Made by a program: the position numbers and the translations under genes. Shown here piece by piece: positions 52,651 to 64,000 of a DNA stretch of 64,000 nt. Where the stretch lies: assembly GCA_964057225.1 (NCBI GenBank), contig OZ059894.1, positions 1,984,001-2,048,000 of the forward strand, in the 5' to 3' direction. The notes under the pieces are model-generated. The model did not search any database and was not told the origin of the DNA. It worked only from the letters and a program-made list of their open reading frames with translations. How positions within the stretch are numbered: position 1 is the first letter of the stretch; each line of letters begins with the position of its first letter. The DNA comes from Auanema rhodensis (lineage: Eukaryota > Animalia > Nematoda).

Positions 52651-55600
52651 TGCACTATACTACATTGAGGAACGCTTAATACAAAAATTAGTTATGATCG
52701 TTTGAAAAATGATGCATTAGTGTATGTTGAGTTTCCATGTACACTCAACATAGCTTCCAAAAACATTTTGACAAAAATTTTTTCGAAAAATTTCAAAATA
52801 ATTTAGCAGAAAGTAGATGTTTTTAGATTCCTTTTTTTAAGGCAAAGACGATGGACAATGTTATTCAACGAAAAAATTAATTCTTCAGGGTGAAAATCGA
52901 GGATATAAGTGTGAACTTATATCAGTTGATATCTCGGTGCATTTTTAAGCTAGCGCAAATCTGATAACACAGATCGACGCAGCTTGAAAATCCGCATCGA
53001 ATGCACTATACTACTTTGAGAAACGCTTAATACAAAAATTAGTTATGATCGTTTGAAAAATGATGCATTAGTGTATGTTGAGTTTCCATGTACACTCAAC
53101 ATAGCTTCCAAAAACATTTTGACAAAAATTTTTTCGAAAAATTTCAAAATAATTTAGCAGAAAGTAGATGTTTTTAGATTCCTTTTTTTAAGGCAAAGAC
53201 GATGGACAATGTTATTCAACGAAAAAATTAATTCTTCAGGGTGAAAATCGAGAATATAAGTGTGAACTTATATCAGTTGATATCTCGGTGCATTTTTAAG
53301 CTAGCGCAAATCTGATAACACAGATCGACGCAGCTTGAAAATCCGCATCGAATGCACTATACTACATTGAGGAACGCTTAATACAAAAATTAGTTATGAT
53401 CGTTTGAAAAATGATGCATTAGTGTATGTTGAGTTTCCATGTACACTCAACATAGCTTCCAAAAACATTTTGACAAAAATTTTTTCGAAAAATTTCAAAA
53501 TAATTTAGCAGAAAGTAGATGTTTTTAGATTCCTTTTTTTAAGGCAAAGACGATGGACAATGTTATTCAACGAAAAAATTAATTCTTCAGGGTGAAAATC
53601 GAGGATATAAGTGTGAACTTATATCAGTTGATATCTCGGTGCATTTTTAAGCTAGCGCAAATCTGATAACACAGATCGACGCAGCTTGAAAATCCGCATC
53701 GAATGCACTATACTACATTGAGGAACGCTTAATACAAAAATTAGTTATGATCGTTTGAAAAATGATGCATTAGTGTATGTTGAGTTTCCATGTACACTCA
53801 ACATAGCTTCCAAAAACATTTTGACAAAAATTTTTTCGAAAAATTTCGAAATAATTTAGCAGAAAGTAGATGTTTTTAGATTCCTTTTTTTAAGGCAAAG
53901 ACGATGGACAATGTTATTCAACGAAAAAATTAATTCTTCAGGGTGAAAATCGAGAATATAAGTGTGAACTTATATCAGTTGATATCTCGGTGCATTTTTA
54001 AGCTAGCGCAAATCTGATAACACAGATCGACGCAGCTTGAAAATCCGCATCGAATGCACTATACTACATTGAAGAACGCTTAATACAAAAATTAGTTATG
54101 ATCGTTTGAAAAATGATGCATTAGTGTATGTTGAGTTTCCATGTACACTCAACATAGCTTCCAAAAACATTTTGACAAAAATTTTTTCGAAAAATTTCAA
54201 AATAATTTAGCAGAAAGTAGATGTTTTTAGATTCCTTTTTTTAAGGCAAAGACGATGGACAATGTTATTCAACGAAAAAATTAATTCTTCAGGGTGAAAA
54301 TCGAGGATATAAGTGTGAACTTATATCAGTTGATATCTCGGTGCATTTTTAAGCTAGCGCAAATCTGATAACACAGATCGACGCAGCTTGAAAATCCGCA
54401 TCGAATGCACTATACTACATTGAGGAACGCTTAATACAAAAATTAGTTATGATCGTTTGAAAAATGATGCATTAGTGTATGTTGAGTTTCCATGTACACT
54501 CAACATAGCTTCCAAAAACATTTTGACAAAAATTTTTTCGAAAAATTTCAAAATAATTTAGCAGAAAGTAGATGTTTTTAGATTCCTTTTTTTAAGGCAA
54601 AGACGATGGACAATGTTATTCAACGAAAAAATTAATTCTTCAGGGTGAAAATCGAGGATATAAGTGTGAACTTATATCAGTTGATATCTCGGTGCATTTT
54701 TAAGCTAGCGCAAATCTGATAACACAGATCGACGCAGCTTGAAAATCCGCATCGAATGCACTATACTACATTGAGGAACGCTTAATACAAAAATTAGTTA
54801 TGATCGTTTGAAATATGATGCATTAGTGTATGTTGAGTTTCCATGTACACTCAACATAGCTTCCAAAAACATTTTGACAAAAATTTTTTCGAAAAATTTC
54901 AAAATAATTTAGCAGAAAGTAGATGTTTTTAGATTCCTTTTTTTAAGGCAAAGACGATGGACAATGTTATTCAACGAAAAAATTAATTCTTCAGGGTGAA
55001 AATCGAGGATTTAAGTGTGAACTTATATCAGTTGATATCTCGGTGCATTTTTAAGCTAGCGCAAATCTGATAACACAGATCGACGCAGCTTGAAAATCCG
55101 CATCGAATGCACTATACTACATTGAGGAACGCTTAATACAAAAATTAGTTATGATCGTTTGAAAAATGATGCATTAGTGTATGTTGAGTTTCCATGTACA
55201 CTCAACATAGCTTCCAAAAACATTTTGACAAAAATTTTTTCGAAAAATTTCAAAATAATTTAGCAGAAAGTAGATGTTTTTAGATTTCTTTTTTTAAGGC
55301 AAAGACGATGGACAATGTTATTCAACGAAAAAATTAATTCTTCAGGGTGAAAATCGAGAATATAAGTGTGAACTTATATCAGTTGATATCTCGGTGCATT
55401 TTTAAGCTAGCGCAAATCTGATAACACAGATCGACGCAGCTTGAAAATCCGCATCGAATGCACTATACTACATTGAGGAACGCTTAATACAAAAATTAGT
55501 TATGATCGTTTGAAAAATGATGCATTAGTGTATGTTGAGTTTCCATGTACACTCAACATAGCTTCCAAAAACATTTTGACAAAAATTTTTTCGAAAAATT

Positions 55601-58600
55601 TCAAAATAATTTAGCAGAAAGTAGATGTTTTTAGATTCCTTTTTTTAAGGCAAAGACGATGGACAATGTTATTCAACGAAAAAATTAATTCTTCAGGGTG
55701 AAAATCGAGGATATAAGTGTGAACTTATATCAGTTGATATCTCGGTGCATTTTTAAGCTAGCGCAAATCTGATAACACAGATCGACGCAGCTTGAAAATC
55801 CGCATCGAATGCACTATACTACATTGAGGAACGCTTAATACAAAAATTAGTTATGATCGTTTGAAAAATGATGCATTAGTGTATGTTGAGTTTCCATGTA
55901 CACTCAACATAGCTTCCAAAAACATTTTGACAAAAATTTTTTCGAAAAATTTCAAAATAATTTAGCAGAAAGTAGATGTTTTTAGATTCCTTTTTTTAAG
56001 GCAAAGACGACGGACAATGTTATTCAACGAAAAAATTAATTCTTCAGGGTGAAAATCGAGGATATAAGTGTGAACTTATATCAGTTGATATCTCGGTGCA
56101 TTTTTAAGCTAGCGCAAATCTGATAACACAGATCGACGCAGCTTGAAAATCCGCATCGAATGCACTATACTACATTGAGGAACGCTTAATACAAAAATTA
56201 GTTATGATCGTTTGAAATATGATGCATTAGTGTATGTTGAGTTTCCATGTACACTCAACATAGCTTCCAAAAACATTTTGACAAAAATTTTTTCGAAAAA
56301 TTTCAAAATAATTTAGCAGAAAGTAGATGTTTTTAGATTCCTTTTTTTAAGGCAAAGACGATAGACAATGTTATTCAACGAAAAAATTAATTCTTCAGGG
56401 TGAAAATCGAGGATATAAGTGTGAACTTATATCAGTTGATATCTCGGTGCATTTTTAAGCTAGCGCAAATTTGATAACACAGATCGACGCAGCTTGAAAA
56501 TCCGCATCGAATGCACTATACTACATTGAGGAACGCTTAATACAAAAATTAGTTATGATCGTTTGAAAAATGATGCATTAGTGTATGTTGAGTTTCCATG
56601 TACACTCAACATAGCTTCCAAAAACATTTTGACAAAAATTTTTTCGAAAAATTTCAAAATAATTTAGCAGAAAGTAGATGTTTTTAGATTCCTTTTTTTA
56701 AGGCAAAGACGATGGACAATGTTATTCAACGAAAAAATTAATTCTTCAGGGTGAAAATCGAGGATATAAGTGTGAACTTATATCAGTTGATATCTCGGTG
56801 CATTTTTAAGCTAGCGCAAATCTGATAACACAGATCGACGCAGCTTGAAAATCCGCATCGAATGCACTATACTACATTGAGGAACGCTTAATACAAAAAT
56901 TAGTTATGATCGTTTGAAAAATGATGCATTAGTGTATGTTGAGTTTCCATGTACACTCAACATAGCTTCCAAAAACATTTTGACAAAAATTTTTTCGAAA
57001 AATTTCAAAATAATTTAGCAGAAAGTAGATGTTTTTAGATTCCTTTTTTTAAGGCAAAGACGACGGACAATGTTATTCAACGAAAAAATTAATTCTTCAG
57101 GGTGAAAATCGAGGATATAAGTGTGAACTTATATCAGTTGATATCTCGGTGCATTTTTAAGCTAGCGCAAATCTGATAACACAGATCGACGCAGCTTGAA
57201 AATCCGCATCGAATGCACTATACTACATTGAGGAACGCTTAATACAAAAATTAGTTATGATCGTTTGAAATATGATGCATTAGTGTATGTTGAGTTTCCA
57301 TGTACACTCAACATAGCTTCCAAAAACATTTTGACAAAAATTTTTTCGAAAAATTTCAAAATAATTTAGCAGAAAGTAGATGTTTTTAGATTCCTTTTTT
57401 TAAGGCAAAGACGATGGACAATGTTATTCAACGAAAAAATTAATTCTTCAGGGTGAAAATCGAGGATATAAGTGTGAACTTATATCAGTTGATATCTCGG
57501 TGCATTTTTAAGCTAGCGCAAATTTGATAACACAGATCGACGCAGCTTGAAAATCCGCATCGAATGCACTATACTACATTGAGGAACGCTTAATACAAAA
57601 ATTAGTTATGATCGTTTGAAAAATGATGCATTAGTGTATGTTGAGTTTCCATGTACACTCAACATAGCTTCCAAAAACATTTTGACAAAAATTTTTTCGA
57701 AAAATTTCAAAATAATTTAGCAGAAAGTAGATGTTTTTAGATTCCTTTTTTTAAGGCAAAGACGATGGACAATGTTATTCAACGAAAAAATTAATTCTTC
57801 AGGGTGAAAATCGAGGATATAAGTGTGAACTTATATCAGTTGATATCTCGGTGCATTTTTAAGCTAGCGCAAATCTGATAACACAGATCGACGCAGCTTG
57901 AAAATCCGCATCGAATGCACTATACTACTTTGAGAAACGCTTAATACAAAAATTAGTTATGATCGTTTGAAAAATGATGCATTAGTGTATGTTGAGTTTC
58001 CATGTACACTCAACATAGCTTCCAAAAACATTTTGACAAAAATTTTTTCGAAAAATTTCAAAATAATTTAGCAGAAAGTAGATGTTTTTAGATTCCTTTT
58101 TTTAAGGCAAAGACGACGGACAATGTTATTCAACGAAAAAATTAATTCTTCAGGGTGAAAATCGAGGATATAAGTGTGAACTTATATCAGTTGATATCTC
58201 GGTGCATTTTTAAGCTAGCGCAAATCTGATAACACAGATCGACGCAGCTTGAAAATCCGCATCGAATGCACTATACTACATTGAGGAACGCTTAATACAA
58301 AAATTAGTTATGATCGTTTGAAATATGATGCATTAGTGTATGTTGAGTTTCCATGTACACTCAACATAGCTTCCAAAAACATTTTGACAAAAATTTTTTC
58401 GAAAAATTTCAAAATAATTTAGCAGAAAGTAGATGTTTTTAGATTCCTTTTTTTAAGGCAAAGACGATGGACAATGTTATTCAACGAAAAAATTAATTCT
58501 TCAGGGTGAAAATCGAGGATTTAAGTGTGAACTTATATCAGTTGATATCTCGGTGCATTTTTAAGCTAGCGCAAATCTGATAACACAGATCGACGCAGCT

Positions 58601-61600
58601 TGAAAATCCGCATCGAATGCACTATACTACATTGAGGAACGCTTAATACAAAAATTAGTTATGATCGTTTGAAATATGATGCATTAGTGTATGTTGAGTT
58701 TCCATGTACACTCAACATAGCTTCCAAAAACATTTTGACAAAAATTTTTTCGAAAAATTTCAAAATAATTTAGCAGAAAGTAGATGTTTTTAGATTCCTT
58801 TTTTTAAGGCAAAGACGATGGACAATGTTATTCAACGAAAAAATTAATTCTTCAGGGTGAAAATCGAGGATATAAGTGTGAACTTATATCAGTTGATATC
58901 TCGGTGCATTTTTAAGCTAGCGCAAATTTGATAACACAGATCGACGCAGCTTGAAAATCCGCATCGAATGCACTATACTACATTGAGGAACGCTTAATAC
59001 AAAAATTAGTTATGATCGTTTGAAAAATGATGCATTAGTGTATGTTGAGTTTCCATGTACACTCAACATAGCTTCCAAAAACATTTTGACAAAAATTTTT
59101 TCGAAAAATTTCAAAATAATTTAGCAGAAAGTAGATGTTTTTAGATTCCTTTTTTTAAGGCAAAGACGATGGACAATGTTATTCAACGAAAAAATTAATT
59201 CTTCAGGGTGAAAATCGAGGATATAAGTGTGAACTTATATCAGTTGATATCTCGGTGCATTTTTAAGCTAGCGCAAATCTGATAACACAGATCGACGCAG
59301 CTTGAAAATCCGCATCGAATGCACTATACTACATTGAGGAACGCTTAATACAAAAATTAGTTATGATCGTTTGAAAAATGATGCATTAGTGTATGTTGAG
59401 TTTCCATGTACACTCAACATAGCTTCCAAAAACATTTTGACAAAAATTTTTTCGAAAAATTTCAAAATAATTTAGCAGAAAGTAGATGTTTTTAGATTCC
59501 TTTTTTTAAGGCAAAGACGACGGACAATGTTATTCAACGAAAAAATTAATTCTTCAGGGTGAAAATCGAGGATATAAGTGTGAACTTATATCAGTTGATA
59601 TCTCGGTGCATTTTTAAGCTAGCGCAAATCTGATAACACAGATCGACGCAGCTTGAAAATCCGCATCGAATGCACTATACTACATTGAGGAACGCTTAAT
59701 ACAAAAATTAGTTATGATCGTTTGAAATATGATGCATTAGTGTATGTTGAGTTTCCATGTACACTCAACATAGCTTCCAAAAACATTTTGACAAAAATTT
59801 TTTCGAAAAATTTCAAAATAATTTAGCAGAAAGTAGATGTTTTTAGATTCCTTTTTTTAAGGCAAAGACGATGGACAATGTTATTCAACGAAAAAATTAA
59901 TTCTTCAGGGTGAAAATCGAGGATATAAGTGTGAACTTATATCAGTTGATATCTCGGTGCATTTTTAAGCTAGCGCAAATTTGATAACACAGATCGACGC
60001 AGCTTGAAAATCCGCATCGAATGCACTATACTACATTGAGGAACGCTTAATACAAAAATTAGTTATGATCGTTTGAAAAATGATGCATTAGTGTATGTTG
60101 AGTTTCCATGTACACTCAACATAGCTTCCAAAAACATTTTGACAAAAATTTTTTCGAAAAATTTCAAAATAATTTAGCAGAAAGTAGATGTTTTTAGATT
60201 CCTTTTTTTAAGGCAAAGACGATGGACAATGTTATTCAACGAAAAAATTAATTCTTCAGGGTGAAAATCGAGGATATAAGTGTGAACTTATATCAGTTGA
60301 TATCTCGGTGCATTTTTAAGCTAGCGCAAATCTGATAACACAGATCGACGCAGCTTGAAAATCCGCATCGAATGCACTATACTACTTTGAGAAACGCTTA
60401 ATACAAAAATTAGTTATGATCGTTTGAAAAATGATGCATTAGTGTATGTTGAGTTTCCATGTACACTCAACATAGCTTCCAAAAACATTTTGACAAAATT
60501 TTTTTCAAAAAATTTCAAAATAATTTAGCAGAAAGTAGATGTTTTTAGATTCCTTTTTTTAAGGCAAAGACGACGGACAATGTTATTCAACGAAAAAATT
60601 AATTCTTCAGGGTGAAAATCGAGGATATAAGTGTGAACTTATATCAGTTGATATCTCGGTGCATTTTTAAGCTAGCGCAAATCTGATAACACAGATCGAC
60701 GCAGCTTGAAAATCCGCATCGAATGCACTATACTACATTGAGGAACGCTTAATACAAAAATTAGTTATGATCGTTTGAAAAATGATGCATTAGTGTATGT
60801 TGAGTTTCCATGTACACTCAACATAGCTTCCAAAAACATTTTGACAAAAATTTTTTCGAAAAATTTCAAAATAATTTAGCAGAAAGTAGATGTTTTTAGA
60901 TTCCTTTTTTTAAGGCAAAGACGATGGACAATGTTATTCAACGAAAAAATTAATTCTTCAGGGTGAAAATCGAGAATATAAGTGTGAACTTATATCAGTT
61001 GATATCTCGGTGCATTTTTAAGCTAGCGCAAATCTGATAACACAGATCGACGCAGCTTGAAAATCCGCATCGAATGCACTATACTACATTGAGGAACGCT
61101 TAATACAAAAATTAGTTATGATCGTTTGAAAAATGATGCATTAGTGTATGTTGAGTTTCCATGTACACTCAACATAGCTTCCAAAAACATTTTGACAAAA
61201 ATTTTTTCGAAAAATTTCAAAATAATTTAGCAGAAAGTAGATGTTTTTAGTTTCCTTTTTTTAAGGCAAAGACGATGGACAATGTTATTCAACGAAAAAA
61301 TTAATTCTTCAGGGTGAAAATCGAGAATATAAGTGTGAACTTATATCAGTTGATATCTCGGTGCATTTTTAAGCTAGCGCAAATCTGATAACACAGATCG
61401 ACGCAGCTTGAAAATCCGCATCGAATGCACTATACTACATTGAGGAACGCTTAATACAAAAATTAGTTATGATCGTTTGAAAAATGATGCATTAGTGTAT
61501 GTTGAGTTTCCATGTACACTCAACATAGCTTCCAAAAACATTTTGACAAAAATTTTTTCGAAAAATTTCAAAATAATTTAGCAGAAAGTAGATGTTTTTA

Positions 61601-64000
61601 GATTCCTTTTTTTAAGGCAAAGACGACGGACAATGTTATTCAACGAAAAAATTAATTCTTCAGGGTGAAAATCGAGGATATAAGTGTGAACTTATATCAG
61701 TTGATATCTCGGTGCATTTTTAAGCTAGCGCAAATCTGATAACACAGATCGACGCAGCTTGAAAATCCGCATCGAATGCACTATACTACATTGAGGAACG
61801 CTTAATACAAAAATTAGTTATGATCGTTTGAAATATGATGCATTAGTGTATGTTGAGTTTCCATGTACACTCAACATAGCTTCCAAAAACATTTTGACAA
61901 AAATTTTTTCGAAAAATTTCAAAATAATTTAGCAGAAAGTAGATGTTTTTAGATTCCTTTTTTTAAGGCAAAGACGATGGACAATGTTATTCAACGAAAA
62001 AATTAATTCTTCAGGGTGAAAATCGAGGATATAAGTGTGAACTTATATCAGTTGATATCTCGGTGCATTTTTAAGCTAGCGCAAATTTGATAACACAGAT
62101 CGACGCAGCTTGAAAATCCGCATCGAATGCACTATACTACATTGAGGAACGCTTAATACAAAAATTAGTTATGATCGTTTGAAAAATGATGCATTAGTGT
62201 ATGTTGAGTTTCCATGTACACTCAACATAGCTTCCAAAAACATTTTGACAAAAATTTTTTCGAAAAATTTCAAAATAATTTAGCAGAAAGTAGATGTTTT
62301 TAGATTCCTTTTTTTAAGGCAAAGACGATGGACAATGTTATTCAACGAAAAAATTAATTCTTCAGGGTGAAAATCGAGGATATAAGTGTGAACTTATATC
62401 AGTTGATATCTCGGTGCATTTTTAAGCTAGCGCAAATCTGATAACACAGATCGACGCAGCTTGAAAATCCGCATCGAATGCACTATACTACATTGAGGAA
62501 CGCTTAATACAAAAATTAGTTATGATCGTTTGAAATATGATGCATTAGTGTATGTTGAGTTTCCATGTACACTCAACATAGCTTCCAAAAACATTTTGAC
62601 AAAATTTTTTTCAAAAAATTTCAGAATAATTTAGCAGAAAGTAGATGTTTTTAGATTCCTTTTTTTAAGGCAAAGACGACGGACAATGTTATTCAACGAA
62701 AAAATTAATTCTTCAGGGTGAAAATCGAGGATATAAGTGTGAACTTATATCAGTTGATATCTCGGTGCATTTTTAAGCTAGCGCAAATCTGATAACACAG
62801 ATCGACGCAGCTTGAAAATCCGCATCGAATGCACTATACTACATTGAGGAACGCTTAATACAAAAATTAGTTATGATCGTTTGAAAAATGATGCATTAGT
62901 GTATGTTGAGTTTCCATGTACACTCAACATAGCTTCCAAAAACATTTTGACAAAAATTTTTTCGAAAAATTTCAAAATAATTTAGCAGAAAGTAGATGTT
63001 TTTAGATTCCTTTTTTTAAGGCAAAGACGATGGACAATGTTATTCAACGAAAAAATTAATTCTTCAGGGTGAAAATCGAGAATATAAGTGTGAACTTATA
63101 TCAGTTGATATCTCGGTGCATTTTTAAGCTAGCGCAAATCTGATAACACAGATCGACGCAGCTTGAAAATCCGCATCGAATGCACTATACTACATTGAGG
63201 AACGCTTAATACAAAAATTAGTTATGATCGTTTGAAAAATGATGCATTAGTGTATGTTGAGTTTCCATGTACACTCAACATAGCTTCCAAAAACATTTTG
63301 ACAAAAATTTTTTCGAAAAATTTCAAAATAATTTAGCAGAAAGTAGATGTTTTTAGATTCCTTTTTTTAAGGCAAAGACGATGGACAATGTTATTCAACG
63401 AAAAAATTAATTCTTCAGGGTGAAAATCGAGAATATAAGTGTGAACTTATATCAGTTGATATCTCGGTGCATTTTTAAGCTAGCGCAAATCTGATAACAC
63501 AGATCGACGCAGCTTGAAAATCCGCATCGAATGCACTATACTACATTGAGGAACGCTTAATACAAAAATTAGTTATGATCGTTTGAAAAATGATGCATTA
63601 GTGTATGTTGAGTTTCCATGTACACTCAACATAGCTTCCAAAAACATTTTGACAAAATTTTTTTCGAAAAATTTCAAAATAATTTAGCAGAAAGTAGATG
63701 TTTTTAGATTCCTTTTTTTAAGGCAAAGACGACGGACAATGTTATTCAACGAAAAAATTAATTCTTCAGGGTGAAAATCGAGGATATAAGTGTGAACTTA
63801 TATCAGTTGATATCTCGGTGCATTTTTAAGCTAGCGCAAATCTGATAACACAGATCGACGCAGCTTGAAAATCCGCATCGAATGCACTATACTACTTTGA
63901 GAAACGCTTAATACAAAAATTAGTTATGATCGTTTGAAAAATGATGCATTAGTGTATGTTGAGTTTCCATGTACACTCAACATAGCTTCCAAAAACATTT

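Larger units (their letters stand above)
1..64000. repeat. Tandem satellite DNA array, 351-bp monomer, about 182.3 head-to-tail copies in one orientation, truncated by both window edges
   Basis: TGCACTATAC recurs at 1, 352, 703 and onward. Checkpoints at 7021, 28081, 35101, 42121, 49141, 56161 and 63181 equal 1+351n exactly, with a +1 offset between about 10017 and 26458. No unique sequence interrupts the array. Confidence 0.99.

Noticed and set aside
1-64000. CRISPR array or integron-like cassette array (regularly spaced hairpins)
   Set aside because: The sequence between hairpins is the same in every unit. There are no unique spacers or cassettes, and no cas or integrase genes.

Overview
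The whole 64 kb window is one uninterrupted, head-to-tail, single-orientation tandem array of an AT-rich 351-bp satellite monomer. It holds 182 complete copies plus a 118-bp partial copy, and it is open at both window edges. By hand count the consensus is about 32% GC. Most copies differ from the consensus at 0-6 positions; the most divergent copy (7021-7371) differs at about 12. I found no genes, RNA genes, CRISPR spacers or transposon insertions. The single 65-aa ORF is a by-product of one SNP that removes a stop codon in one copy. The structure is typical of eukaryotic centromeric or pericentromeric satellite DNA; the lack of CpG depletion (O/E about 1.35) hints at a genome with little CpG methylation (inference). 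Three things deserve a second look. (1) The monomer has two perfect short hairpins whose centres lie half a period apart (175/176 bp), an AT-tract palindrome, and a roughly 120-bp symmetric module. (2) Monomer length is almost perfectly conserved: only two 1-bp indels were seen, and they cancel. (3) SNP haplotypes record nested duplications (3-, 4-, 5-, 6-, 9-mers and a 17-monomer offset block) and region-restricted variants. Monomer positions below are numbered from TGCACTATAC at window position 1.
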